Positions 19,607-30,021 of a stretch of DNA of 64,000 nt are shown one piece after another (position 1 is the stretch's first letter; each line of letters begins with the position of its first letter). The position numbers were made by a program, and so were the translations under genes. The stretch covers positions 19 to 64,018 of the forward strand of contig JAYRIM010000023.1 of assembly GCA_041906785.1 (NCBI GenBank), written 5' to 3'. Source of the DNA: Candidatus Levyibacteriota bacterium (GTDB lineage Bacteria > Patescibacteriota > Microgenomatia > Levybacterales > UBA12049). The notes beneath the pieces were generated by a model. That model saw only the letters and a list, made by a program, of their open reading frames with translations. It was not told where the DNA came from and searched no databases.

Positions 19607-21238
19607 TTACACTGTTGATGGGATCTTATACGCTGGATGAGGAATCATGCTTGTCGCACGTTTCCGTTCTTCTATCACATGTTTATACCAAAGATCATAC
19701 TCTCTCGATACTTTTACCCATGAAAAATCTGCTTGCAGACAATTTATAACAAGCTTTTTCCATAATTTTGACTGTTTGTATATAGTTAATGCCTCAATAA
19801 TACTTCCATATAACGCCCATGGACTTTTCTGTAAAAAAGAAAATCCATTTCCTCTACAAGTATTAGGATTAAAATCATCAATAATGTCATTTAAACCACC
19901 AGTTCTTCTCACAATCGGAACAGCTCCGTATCGTAGAGCTTCAAGAGCAACAATGCCACCTGGTTCGTAAAAACTAGGAAGAAGTAAAAAATCTGCACCA
20001 GAAAATATTTTTCTTGGAAGGCGGAAGTCAGGCTGTAAATGCAGGCCTAATTGATGTGGATATTCTTTTTGAAGCGCAAGAAGTCTATTTCGATAACGAT
20101 CATCTCCTCCGCCGAGAATAATTGCTTGGGTTTCAGGATGCTCAGTAAACAAATGTGGCAGTACTTCAAGAAGTAAATCCACACCTTTTTGTTGCTGTAG
20201 ACGTCCTGAAAAAGCAAATAAAGGTCTCGTATCATCAATAGGCAGTAGAAAAATTTTTTGTAATTCTATTTTATTTATTTTTCTTGCTTTATTAAAATTT
20301 TTTTCTGTAAATGACTGTTTGATAATTGGATCAGTTGCAGGATTAAACTCGTCTATATCCAATCCATTAAGAATACCTGAAATTTTACCTTTTATTTTCT
20401 GCAGTGTTTCATCAAGCCCTTCTGCATATTCTGGTGTTAGTATTTCTACTGCATGTGTGGGACTAACAGTATTAACAGCATCAGCATATAATAAACCCCT
20501 TTTTAATGGATTTTGTTTTTGTAGTTGGGGTGATGCTATAGCAGCTAGTTCTTTCGTTCCATCATCATAATCCTCTTTCTGTGCAAATCGATAATCATAA
20601 TTTCCCTGGTATGCAAAGTTATGTACTGTATAAACAAAAGCTGTTTTTGCAAACAACTTTTTATATCTTTTATCTCGACGCGCAAGTTCTATACAATACC
20701 CAGTGTGCCAATCATTACAATGAATAACATCAGGCCACCATTCATCTTTTTTAGATAATTGTAAAGATTGTTGGTATAACCATTCTAGACATCCCTTCGA
20801 GAGCAGCGAAAAACGCACATGATCATCCATATATCCAAATACATTTGCACGTAGTTCATAAAATTCTCTATTTTCCAGAAAATATGCCGTCACTTTATTC
20901 TTTTCTTTAAACTTTTTCACATTACAAATAAAAAAATCTTTTTTATCATGTTTTAATTGCTCTTCTGAAGCATTTGGTAAAAGAGGAACGCGTAAATTTT
21001 CAAAAATCATTTTCATCTTCCACGATTTTCCTACTGGAGAAGTGTGTTCCATAGTTCCATATTTCGGCGTAAAGATACGTACATCATTTCCCAATTTTTG
21101 TAATGCACGTGGTAAGAAATACATCACTTGAGATAATCCGCCAACTGATACGAAAGGTGCAACTTCAGCACAAATAAAGAGAATATTCACGAGGCCATTG
21201 TAACATATGATTTGATCTGAATAAATAATGTTAATCAA
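19607..21238 (-). CDS. glgA: Glycogen/starch synthase (GT5)
   Basis: N-terminal AEVAPFVSVGGLSQV (the KTGGL-type motif). GT-B C-terminal domain. Confidence 0.7.
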   Translation of the reverse strand: MINIIYSDQIICYNGLVNILFICAEVAPFVSVGGLSQVMYFLPRALQKLGNDVRIFTPKYGTMEHTSPVGKSWKMKMIFENLRVPLLPNASEEQLKHDKKDFFICNVKKFKEKNKVTAYFLENREFYELRANVFGYMDDHVRFSLLSKGCLEWLYQQSLQLSKKDEWWPDVIHCNDWHTGYCIELARRDKRYKKLFAKTAFVYTVHNFAYQGNYDYRFAQKEDYDDGTKELAAIASPQLQKQNPLKRGLLYADAVNTVSPTHAVEILTPEYAEGLDETLQKIKGKISGILNGLDIDEFNPATDPIIKQSFTEKNFNKARKINKIELQKIFLLPIDDTRPLFAFSGRLQQQKGVDLLLEVLPHLFTEHPETQAIILGGGDDRYRNRLLALQKEYPHQLGLHLQPDFRLPRKIFSGADFLLLPSFYEPGGIVALEALRYGAVPIVRRTGGLNDIIDDFNPNTCRGNGFSFLQKSPWALYGSIIEALTIYKQSKLWKKLVINCLQADFSWVKVSREYDLWYKHVIEERKRATSMIPHPAYKIPSTV

Positions 21239-21270
21239 TAGGTATCAAAATAGCAGTATAATATAACATT

Positions 21271-22221
21271 ATGAATTGTTGGGAAAATTTACCTGCATTA
21301 TTTAGGCAACGTTTAATGTACGAAATTTCAAAAGAAAAATTGAATGAAATTTTAGAATCTTTTTGTTTTGAAAAACCAGTATCTATACGAATAAACACTT
21401 TAAAAACTAATAAAGAATTTGTTAAGAAAAGTTTATCACTACTACAAATTCTCTATAAAGAAGTTTTATGGTATAACGACGCGCTGATATTACCCAAAGT
21501 GGGAAAATCACAAATTACAGAAACTACATTGTATAAACAAGGACTAATATATATTCAAAGCCTCTCGAGTATGATTCCTGCTTTAGTACTTCAACCTCAA
21601 CCGGACGATAAAATTCTCGATTTAACTGCAGCTCCTGGCAGTAAAACGACACAAATTGCTCAAATGATTAATAACCTGGGTGCCATAGTAGCAAATGATA
21701 TAAGCAGACAGAGAATGTATAGACTACAAACAAACCTTCAACAGCAAGGGATCACCAATGTTTCAATGTCATTTCTTAAAGGTGAACATATATGGAAAAA
21801 ATATCCAAATTATTTTGATAAAGTTCTCGTTGATGTGCCTTGTAGTATGGAAGGTAGATTTCTCTCACAAGACCCTTCGACATGGAAAGACTGGTCAATA
21901 AAAAAAGGTAAAATTCTCTCGAGTTTACAGAAACAATTGTTACGCTCAGCATTTTATGCAGCAAAACCTGGTGGAACAATAGTGTATTCAACTTGCACAC
22001 TTGCACCTGAGGAAAATGAAGAAGTTATTCAGTGGCTTTACGAAAAAGAAGAAAAACATATGACTATTGAAAAAATATATATTGCTAATTTAAAAACTGA
22101 TAAAGCAATATCTTCATGGAAAAACAAAATTTTTACAGATACTATCAAAAATACTATAAGGATTTATCCTTCTGAAAGCATGGAAGGTTTCTTTATTGCA
22201 AAAATAAAACGTCTTTCTTGA
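21271..22221 (+). CDS. NOL1/NOP2/Sun (RsmB/RsmF)-family RNA m5C methyltransferase
   Basis: Motifs DLTAAPGSKT, DVPCSMEGRF, YSTCTLAPEENEEV. TATAAT box 8 nt upstream of the ATG. Confidence 0.75.
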   Translation: MNCWENLPALFRQRLMYEISKEKLNEILESFCFEKPVSIRINTLKTNKEFVKKSLSLLQILYKEVLWYNDALILPKVGKSQITETTLYKQGLIYIQSLSSMIPALVLQPQPDDKILDLTAAPGSKTTQIAQMINNLGAIVANDISRQRMYRLQTNLQQQGITNVSMSFLKGEHIWKKYPNYFDKVLVDVPCSMEGRFLSQDPSTWKDWSIKKGKILSSLQKQLLRSAFYAAKPGGTIVYSTCTLAPEENEEVIQWLYEKEEKHMTIEKIYIANLKTDKAISSWKNKIFTDTIKNTIRIYPSESMEGFFIAKIKRLS

Positions 22222-22584
22222 TCATTTATTTCCCATATGCTTTTTAATTATTTCTAGTAAAACTTCTACATCAAATGGTTTTGCAAGAAAATCATTCGCA
22301 CCGCTTTTCTTCGAAATCTCTTCTGCGGAGGGATGTGCTGATACTAAAATAACAGGAATATCTTTTGTTTCATCAGATTGTTTTAGTTTGATAATAATTT
22401 CTCCTCCGTCTTTTCCTGATAGAAGTAAATCTAGTAGCACAACTTTCGGTTTCAAGGTTGCTATTAATTCTAGTCCTTTCTCCCCATCTATACACGTCTC
22501 TACAGAATAACCATCATCTTCTAAAGCAAGTTGAATTGCTTCTACTATGGCAGGATCATCATCAACTACTAATATTTTATTCAT
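22222..22584 (-). CDS. Single-domain response regulator (CheY-like receiver)
   Basis: 120 aa. ILVVDDD, phospho-acceptor Asp in LLDLLLSGKDG, conserved Lys region. No cognate kinase in the window. Confidence 0.7.
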   Translation of the reverse strand: MNKILVVDDDPAIVEAIQLALEDDGYSVETCIDGEKGLELIATLKPKVVLLDLLLSGKDGGEIIIKLKQSDETKDIPVILVSAHPSAEEISKKSGANDFLAKPFDVEVLLEIIKKHMGNK

Positions 22585-23052
22585 ACTGAAGACTATCGAC
22601 TACCTTGTTTTTTTCGATAGAAAATAACCTTACTTAAATTGTCTAAAAAAATACACCACCCCGAGAGAAAATGAGAAAATGAAGAGGTTTTTGGCAAAGA
22701 CAAAAAGATACTCCATAGCATTATCGTATACAATTCTTGTTTATCTGTCCAGTAAGAAAGAGCAGTATCTATGACAGACTCAACTTTATCTTACGATAAT
22801 GTGTATAGAATACACAACCAACATTTCGAATAGAGACGCTAAAATAATCGCACCTACTACGAGAGAAAATTTCGCAACGATACTAATATTCGCACTATAG
22901 TTTTGTTTATTGTAGTAAATCATATTAAAACAAGAAGATTCCGTATGTTTTCAGTAAAACCTATAATAGATGACGTTCGTAATGAAAAAATTGTAAGAAT
23001 GTAAGAACTTAGCAAGAGCTATATTTGTTTTTCTCAGAAGAAATTAGAGTAA

Positions 23053-24135
23053 TTAATGCAGGTATACTCCAATTTTTCTCGCAACTTGATATTCAGGAGT
23101 TGTATCAGTTACCTTCTTCAGATGCATAACGGCTTCCGCAATAGGAGCTGTTTTCATAACGCCTCCACGTAAACAAACCATATGATTGAACTCTTTCTTA
23201 TCATATGCTTCTATCGCTGCCACACCATACCGACGGGCTAAAATCCTATCCTCTGCATTCGGTGAGCCACCTCTTTGTGTATGTCCTAAAACGACGTTCC
23301 TCATTTCAAATTCTCCAGGAGCTAGATTCTCTACCATATTCATGAGTTGAAATGAAACACCACCCAATTTTACTTCAGAGCTGGTACCATATGATTGATG
23401 TACTAATTTATCACCTATCTTTAATCCTTCTGCGACAACAATAACGGCTGAATATTCGTGATGTTTTCTTCTTTCTCGTAAAAAGGAAAGAAATTTTTCT
23501 GCTGAAAAGGAAAACTCGGGAAGAAGAATTGCACTCGCTCCTCCTGCAAGACCAGCGAATAATGAAATCCATCCAGTATATCTACCCATACACTCAACGA
23601 AGATCACTCTATCATGACTGAAAGCAGTCGTTTGTACTTTATCAATTGCATCCATCGCTACACCAACAGCTGTACTGAATCCGAACGTCTGATCTGTGCT
23701 GCCAAGATCATTATCGATTGTTTTGGGCACACCAACTATATTTACATTATGTTCCGCAAGTTGTAAACCAGCTGTCATTGTCCCATCACCACCAATAAGA
23801 ATAAGCCCCTCGATTCCAAGTTGATCTAAATGTTGCTTTGCTTCATTGAGGATTTCTGGAGGAATTTCTCCTTTCTCACCTTCACCAACTTTTCCACCAA
23901 ACCTTCCTTTATTTGTTGTACGTAAAATTGTTCCACCCAGATAACTAATATTTTTAACTGCAGCTAAATCTAAAACTCTATACATCAGAGGTGATAATAA
24001 CCCTTCCCATCCTCTTTCAAATCCCATGAATTCATATCCCATTCGAGTACCGGTTTTAACCACAGAAGAAATAACTGCATTAATTCCTGCACAATCACCA
24101 CCTGCATTTACAATACCAATTTTTCGTTTTGACAT
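23053..24135 (-). CDS. pfkA: 6-phosphofructokinase
   Basis: N-terminal IGIVNAGGDCAGINAVI, GGDGTM, and the PFK catalytic region. Confidence 0.85.
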   Translation of the reverse strand: MSKRKIGIVNAGGDCAGINAVISSVVKTGTRMGYEFMGFERGWEGLLSPLMYRVLDLAAVKNISYLGGTILRTTNKGRFGGKVGEGEKGEIPPEILNEAKQHLDQLGIEGLILIGGDGTMTAGLQLAEHNVNIVGVPKTIDNDLGSTDQTFGFSTAVGVAMDAIDKVQTTAFSHDRVIFVECMGRYTGWISLFAGLAGGASAILLPEFSFSAEKFLSFLRERRKHHEYSAVIVVAEGLKIGDKLVHQSYGTSSEVKLGGVSFQLMNMVENLAPGEFEMRNVVLGHTQRGGSPNAEDRILARRYGVAAIEAYDKKEFNHMVCLRGGVMKTAPIAEAVMHLKKVTDTTPEYQVARKIGVYLH

Positions 24136-24185
24136 GATTTTAAACTGGGAATATTGTATCGTAAGTATCTTATTCTCGCAATGCG

Positions 24186-25289
24186 TTAAGAACGGGTATG
24201 TCTATAAAATTCTCTAATAGTTGAAGTGATCTTATGTAATTCTTCATCAGTAAGAAACTGATGGCAAGGCAGTGATAGAATATTTTTCGCTTTTTCTTCT
24301 GTTTGTTCAAGTTTTAAATCATTAAATTCTTGGTAACATGTTTGTTTATGAATAGGTATAGGATAATGAATAAGCGACTGAATTTCATTATCTTTAAGAA
24401 ATCGTTGTAATTCATCACGTTTTTTTGCTTGAATAACATATAAATGGAATGTATGACTCCCATTATCACGAACTTTTGGTAAAGATATTTCAGAAATACC
24501 TGATAAATCTTTGTTATAAAACTCTGCGATCTGATTTCTTCTTCGATTACCTTCATCTACTGTAGGAAGTTTTTTCCTTAGAATCGCTGCTTGTATCTCG
24601 TCTAATCTACTATTAATACCCTTTATTTCATGGTGATATCTATCTTTTTGACCATAATTGCGGAGCATTTTACATACCTCATATAATTCTTCAGAATTAG
24701 TTGTTATTGCTCCTCCATCACCATATGCTCCTAAATTTTTAGTGGGATAAAAGCTGAAACAGCCAAATGTGCCATAAGATCCTGCTTTTTTTCCTCGATA
24801 TGTTGCCCCTGTTGCCTGGCAAGCATCTTCTATAACGAAAAGATTATATTTTTTTGCAATTGTATGTATTCTGTCCATATTCACCATTTGCCCAAATAGG
24901 TGAACTGGAAGAATAGCCTTTGTTCGGGACGTTATATACTTTTCTATAAGAGTATCGTTAATATGAAAAAAATCATCTATATCAATAAATACAGGAGCCG
25001 CTCCTACGTTCGTAATTGCTAAAGTTGTTGCAACTGCAGAATTAGATACTGTAATAACTTCATCTCCAGGTCCAATATGTAAAGCCATAAGTGAAATTTG
25101 TATTGCTTCTAATCCATTTGCAACACCAATACAAAATTTCGTCCCTGTATACCGGGCAAACTCCTCTTCAAATTGTTCCACTTGTTTTCCGAGAATATAC
25201 CATCCGCTCTCTAACGTGTCATTTACTGTTTTAAGAACCTCTTCCTTATATGAAAGATATTCTTTTTTAAAATCATTCATTACGATCAT
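24186..25289 (-). CDS. DegT/DnrJ/EryC1/StrS-family PLP-dependent sugar aminotransferase
   Basis: Characteristic [20 protein letters not shown] and IEDACQA regions. Confidence 0.8.
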   Translation of the reverse strand: MIVMNDFKKEYLSYKEEVLKTVNDTLESGWYILGKQVEQFEEEFARYTGTKFCIGVANGLEAIQISLMALHIGPGDEVITVSNSAVATTLAITNVGAAPVFIDIDDFFHINDTLIEKYITSRTKAILPVHLFGQMVNMDRIHTIAKKYNLFVIEDACQATGATYRGKKAGSYGTFGCFSFYPTKNLGAYGDGGAITTNSEELYEVCKMLRNYGQKDRYHHEIKGINSRLDEIQAAILRKKLPTVDEGNRRRNQIAEFYNKDLSGISEISLPKVRDNGSHTFHLYVIQAKKRDELQRFLKDNEIQSLIHYPIPIHKQTCYQEFNDLKLEQTEEKAKNILSLPCHQFLTDEELHKITSTIREFYRHTRS

Positions 25290-25702
25290 ATCGTTGATTC
25301 TCCAGAAACAATTTTTTTAAATAGGCCATAATCTCTTATATAATCTGAGGAATCGTACGGTTCAGAAGCGACAACTAATAGTACTGCATCGTTCGTAAAA
25401 TGTATCATCTCATGCCACATCAATGTATTAAGAAATATACCTTCATTTGGTTTATCCATGATAAACTCTTCACGTTCTTTACCATTATCTAAATTCATAG
25501 TTATGCTCCCTTTTATACAAAAAAGTACTTGTTTTGTTTGTTTATGTGCATGAAATCCACGTTTAGCATGCTCTATAACATCAAAAATATAATAGATTCT
25601 TTTAATTAAAAAGGGCAGATCTGTTTCTTCAAGGAAACAAAGATATCCTTCATCTTCTATTTTTGGAACTGTAATGAAATAGGAAAGTTTTGTGTTTCGC
25701 AT
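25286..25702 (-). CDS. Cupin-fold sugar 3,4-ketoisomerase (FdtA/WxcM C-terminal domain-like). Likely start at the internal Met, 1 nt after the upstream stop; the ORF track extends to 25750.
   Basis: [19 protein letters not shown]...WHEM motif typical of FdtA/QdtA isomerases. Size about 138 aa. Confidence 0.65.
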   Translation of the reverse strand: MRNTKLSYFITVPKIEDEGYLCFLEETDLPFLIKRIYYIFDVIEHAKRGFHAHKQTKQVLFCIKGSITMNLDNGKEREEFIMDKPNEGIFLNTLMWHEMIHFTNDAVLLVVASEPYDSSDYIRDYGLFKKIVSGESTI

Positions 25703-25703
25703 A

Positions 25704-26819
25704 TTACTTTTTTGTTTCATACAATAATACCTCTCTAATAAACTGATCAAACATCTCTGCTACTCTATCCCAGGTATATTTTTTCGCGAATATTCTCGCT
25801 TCTTTTCTTAGAGCTTTATTCATCTTTCTATCTGTTGCTTGTAACAGAAGTCTGGCATAGCTGTCAAGATTAAACGCAGGCGCTTTTAGATATGCTGGGG
25901 TAGAAGCCCATTTACATTCAGGTAAATCAAAACCAACAATCGGCATACCAGATGCTAAAGCTTCTAATGCCCAAAGTGATAATTCATCGTGACGAGATGG
26001 AAAAACAACATATAGTGCTTCAGCTATCAACTTCTCTTTTTTCTTTCCATATGCAGATCCGACAAGATGAATGTAATCTTCAAGATGAAGGTCTTTAATC
26101 ATTTTTCGAATTTTGTTTTCATCTGGTCCATGACCTGCAATAACAAGTGGATAGCCAATTTCGGAAACAATTTTAGCGTATGTTTTTATGAGCAAATCTA
26201 TTCCTTTTTGATGCATATCAAGACGTGATAAAAACAGAATGTGTTTCGGTTCCGTATGTTTAATAAAAAAAAATGATTCATCTACACCTTGTGGGACAAT
26301 TTTATATTTTATAGAAGGATTTAGTTTTTTCATTTTTGCGCTGTCAACGTCTGAATAAGGAAGAAAGTATTTATATTGTTTTGCGCCATATTGTTCAATC
26401 CAGTGAAAAGGTAAATGATACTTTTGATAAAACTCTTTTGCATTAAACATTGATGGTAATCCTATTATAGGAATAGAGGTAAAACGTGGAGTACCTATTG
26501 TGGATACAGGTGCTACAAATGATTCAATAATGACATCTGATTTAATATTACGTACATAGAATGGCAATAAAAGAATATAAAGAAGATTATTTAAACGGAG
26601 AAATTTACTGCCTAAACCGATGTGTTTATATGTAATATTTCCTTCTTCCCTATTTTGGCTACCTGGATATTTTGAACAGTAGACAGTAACGTCATATCCC
26701 ATTTTGGACAATCGTTTACCAACTTCATATGTTGCGCGAGCTTGTCCAGCCCCAAGTAATGGATTTTTTAAATCATCGAAATCTAGATAACTTAGTGATA
26801 TTTTTTGATTGTGTTTCAT
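25704..26819 (-). CDS. GT4 (GT-B fold) glycosyltransferase
   Basis: C-terminal EX7E-type region EALASGMPIVGFDLPE. 371 aa. Confidence 0.7.
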   Translation of the reverse strand: MKHNQKISLSYLDFDDLKNPLLGAGQARATYEVGKRLSKMGYDVTVYCSKYPGSQNREEGNITYKHIGLGSKFLRLNNLLYILLLPFYVRNIKSDVIIESFVAPVSTIGTPRFTSIPIIGLPSMFNAKEFYQKYHLPFHWIEQYGAKQYKYFLPYSDVDSAKMKKLNPSIKYKIVPQGVDESFFFIKHTEPKHILFLSRLDMHQKGIDLLIKTYAKIVSEIGYPLVIAGHGPDENKIRKMIKDLHLEDYIHLVGSAYGKKKEKLIAEALYVVFPSRHDELSLWALEALASGMPIVGFDLPECKWASTPAYLKAPAFNLDSYARLLLQATDRKMNKALRKEARIFAKKYTWDRVAEMFDQFIREVLLYETKK

Positions 26820-26839
26820 AATTTTACTGTTTCATAATT

Positions 26840-28072
26840 TTACCAGTTAATTACTGATCGAAAAATCTTTAAAAATCTCGGCGTCTTCTTTTTTTCATTA
26901 AGTTTATTATATATTTTTACAATAACTTCTCGTATGTAAGGTTTCATGTTTCTTCTTAAAGCAATAGTGACAACCTCTGATGTGGCATTTGATAAATCTT
27001 TTTTATAAGGATATATTCCTAATGAAAAATTATAAGCAAGAATCCTTCGTTTTCTACATTCCTCCATACATAGCGCGTGAACGATATAGCCAATTCGTAG
27101 ACGTTTTTTATTGATATTTCCGAAGTGTATATTAGAAAAATCATTAAATCCCAATTGGTATCCATACCCCACTCCGTTATCGACAAATAACGAAAGACAA
27201 CCCAACGTACCGTATTTTTTACTTTTGACCCGAAAAAGAATGACAGATTGGTCTTGTATCAATTTCTTTATAATTCTTTCTTGAAATAATCTAAACCTAT
27301 CCGAATCGAACATACTTCTTTTCCCAAACTTTTTCCATGTCGCATTATAAAAATGAATTAACTCATTTTGGATCTCTAGTGCTTGTGCACTATTTTCAGC
27401 CCATTCAACTTTTAGGTCATTGAAAAACTTTAGACTTTTTCGGAGTTTATACCGTGTATCTTTACTAAAATTTTCTAAAACTGGTGTATTAGGATATTTT
27501 CTAAAATCGTAGTACAAAGTAGGATGTTTCTCAATATGAACAGTATATTTTGTATTGGTAAGTAAAGGCAGCAGTAATTCAGATTCTTCTTTATTAAATT
27601 CACTACATACAATCTCCTCCCATCTAAAAAAAGATGTTAGAACTTCAAAGAGTCCTTTATAAAAGGATATTTTATACTTTTTACTTGCAAGTATTGTATT
27701 ATTTACCATCCCAATTCTCTCTTTATATGCTTCTCCGTCAGTGCCGATATGATACGTTTGAACTGGCAAAGGTAATTTTCGCTCTTTTTCTTTTGTAATT
27801 AATGTGATAGCACATGGTTTATCAGCATGTAAGGCTATAAGAAACCAGTAATCAACTGTATCTTTATAACAGCTGAGCCACGTTTCAACCCATCTCCACT
27901 GTGAAGTTAATCCTGGGGCGGCTACTTGCTCTTCAACAGTTTTCCACACTAATCCTATATGTTCGATAGTATTATCTATTACATAAAAAGAAAGTGTTTT
28001 TTCTCCCTTAACTTTATATTGTTTTCCTTCCGATTGTATTAATTTGACGACTTTTTGTACTCTTTCACTCAT
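26840..28072 (-). CDS. Hypothetical protein, possibly FemAB/CelD-like acyltransferase fold, in the sugar-modification operon
   Basis: 410 aa, no clear motif. Operon context with aminotransferase, isomerase and GT. Assignment is a weak guess from the C-terminal region. Confidence 0.3.
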   Translation of the reverse strand: MSERVQKVVKLIQSEGKQYKVKGEKTLSFYVIDNTIEHIGLVWKTVEEQVAAPGLTSQWRWVETWLSCYKDTVDYWFLIALHADKPCAITLITKEKERKLPLPVQTYHIGTDGEAYKERIGMVNNTILASKKYKISFYKGLFEVLTSFFRWEEIVCSEFNKEESELLLPLLTNTKYTVHIEKHPTLYYDFRKYPNTPVLENFSKDTRYKLRKSLKFFNDLKVEWAENSAQALEIQNELIHFYNATWKKFGKRSMFDSDRFRLFQERIIKKLIQDQSVILFRVKSKKYGTLGCLSLFVDNGVGYGYQLGFNDFSNIHFGNINKKRLRIGYIVHALCMEECRKRRILAYNFSLGIYPYKKDLSNATSEVVTIALRRNMKPYIREVIVKIYNKLNEKKKTPRFLKIFRSVINW

Positions 28073-28147
28073 AGCCGTATATTATACTAGAATAGATTCA
28101 GCCTTACAATCTTTACTATCCTATAATAAAATGCTATACTTGTACCT

Positions 28148-29500
28148 GTGAAAAAATCACAAAGGGAAAAAACAACAATTACGATAATAGGAGCCGGCCC
28201 TGTTGGTTGTTTTATGGCCATTTTATTAGCACAAAGAGGTTATCAGGTTAATATTTATGAACGCCGCGAATCTAAACATGTGTCTTCACAATTGTCATAT
28301 CATATAACATTCTATTCCCGTGCAGTGAATGCAATAAAAAAAGCTAAGCTTTGGGATAAAATAAAAGATATTTCATTACCATTAGATGGAACAGTAGCTC
28401 ATCCTCTCTATACTGAACCTCTATTTAGTGAGCTTAATAAAGCTACTACTCTTTATTTTGCTGTCCAACGATCTGAGTTAGTTAATCTATTAATCGAAGA
28501 GGCTGCCAAATATAAGAATATTAGCTTTTATTTTAATAGAAAACTTATATCGATTAATAACCATGATAAATTCCTCATATTTCAAAATACTATCACAGAA
28601 AAATATGAAACTCTTTCATTTGATGTGGTTATAGGAGCAGATGGAATTAATTCACTAGTAAGAACGCATATAGGCTTACATCAACCATCTGAAATGGAAC
28701 GAATTCAAGAAACATGGGGTTATACACATATATATTTTGATAAAAATATTGCCAAATCTCTACAACTTAGAGATAACGTTATGCATGTTTGGTCAAGAAA
28801 AGACGCCCTACTTGTAGCTTTTCCTAATGATGATGATTCGTTTGTAGGAATGTTGGTGGTACCATTAAAATATGATCCGGCATATATACCGCTTACCTCT
28901 AAAAAGAAAATTGAAAAATTTATAAAAACTACATTTCCTGATCTACAATCTGCTAGCGATATCATCGTTGACTCTATACAGAAAAATCCTCAAGGGACTT
29001 TGGCATCGATATACACTAATCCTTGGTATTATAAGGATTTCGTAGTACTTATTGGCGATGCGGCACATGCTACAGTTCCGTTTTATGGACAAGGGACAAC
29101 GGCCGGTTTTGAAGACTGTTTAGCGCTTATTTCACTTATCGATATGTACGGGACTCATTGGGAAAAAATATTTCCTCTCTACCAAGAAGAAAGAAAAAAA
29201 CACACTGATGTTCTTACTGACTTATCGAGAGAAAACTTCAACCATTTCAGAAGACATAAAAAGGCAGACTATTATGCAGTACATAATAGATTAGAATCTA
29301 TACTTCACGCTATTTTTCCTACATTATGGAACCCTCCACTTTATATGCTTATGGTTACAGGTACTGATGGATTTGCGGATATCTTAAAGAAACATAAGAA
29401 ACAAAGACGATTAGCGTTGGTAACAGGTGTTTCATTCGTAGCACTTTTGATTACAGGTTTGATAGGAATAAAAGAAAGAATATTGACTCGATCTAAATAA
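28148..29500 (+). CDS. FAD-dependent aromatic monooxygenase, kynurenine 3-monooxygenase-like, with C-terminal TM helix
   Basis: GTG start. FAD fingerprint ITIIGAGPVGCF, DVVIGADGINSLVR, LIGDAAHATVPFYGQGTTAGFED. C-terminal hydrophobic LALVTGVSFVALLITGLIGI as in KMO. Confidence 0.6.
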   Translation: MKKSQREKTTITIIGAGPVGCFMAILLAQRGYQVNIYERRESKHVSSQLSYHITFYSRAVNAIKKAKLWDKIKDISLPLDGTVAHPLYTEPLFSELNKATTLYFAVQRSELVNLLIEEAAKYKNISFYFNRKLISINNHDKFLIFQNTITEKYETLSFDVVIGADGINSLVRTHIGLHQPSEMERIQETWGYTHIYFDKNIAKSLQLRDNVMHVWSRKDALLVAFPNDDDSFVGMLVVPLKYDPAYIPLTSKKKIEKFIKTTFPDLQSASDIIVDSIQKNPQGTLASIYTNPWYYKDFVVLIGDAAHATVPFYGQGTTAGFEDCLALISLIDMYGTHWEKIFPLYQEERKKHTDVLTDLSRENFNHFRRHKKADYYAVHNRLESILHAIFPTLWNPPLYMLMVTGTDGFADILKKHKKQRRLALVTGVSFVALLITGLIGIKERILTRSK

Positions 29501-29501
29501 T

Positions 29502-29957
29502 TTATCTAAACCGTTTATATAAACCTACTAACTCTGAGGATGCAATAATCTGTCCTTCCATCTTTTGTTCAACCTCTGTTTTCTTAGCTCCTTCAGGAAG
29601 ATCCAGCATCGTGTTTAATGCATATAATTTAAAAAAGTAACGATGTATACCAAGTGGGGGGCAAGGTCCACCGTAACCAACATTTCCAAAATCTGTTTCA
29701 CCTTGCATACTATTGCGTGGAATTTGGTTTTCCAAAATTTGAAGAGTTGCTGGAGGCATGTTATACACTAACCAGTGAGTAAATACTTTTCCAGGAGCAT
29801 CAGGATCTTCTACGATAAAAACGAGACTTTGTGCTTCTTTCGGTACTTCTGAAAACGTAAGAGGAGGGTTGTGATTTAGACCATCGCATGTATATTTATT
29901 CGGTATTTCTTCATTATGCTGAAAAGCAGTACTCGTAATAGTCATGGCTATATACAA
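29502..29957 (-). CDS. YbhB/YbcL (PEBP/RKIP) family protein
   Basis: GYGGPCPP...HRYFFKLYAL motif typical of bacterial PEBP. Confidence 0.7.
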   Translation of the reverse strand: MYIAMTITSTAFQHNEEIPNKYTCDGLNHNPPLTFSEVPKEAQSLVFIVEDPDAPGKVFTHWLVYNMPPATLQILENQIPRNSMQGETDFGNVGYGGPCPPLGIHRYFFKLYALNTMLDLPEGAKKTEVEQKMEGQIIASSELVGLYKRFR

Positions 29958-30021
29958 TCCTTTTGTGTTTCACACTACCACAGTTTTGTTAAAACAAAGT
30001 AAGAGATGAGACGTAGGAAAA

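Noticed and set aside
22585-23052. tRNA or other canonical RNA gene in the large spacers (also 32734-33277, 61704-61949)
   Set aside because: No GTTCGAATC or GTTCAAATC T-loop-like motif with a matching acceptor stem was found on either strand. The local hairpins do not form a cloverleaf.
24314-24556. 80-aa minus-strand ORF
   Set aside because: It sits in an alternative frame inside the DegT aminotransferase coding region, which has clear PLP-enzyme homology in the other frame.
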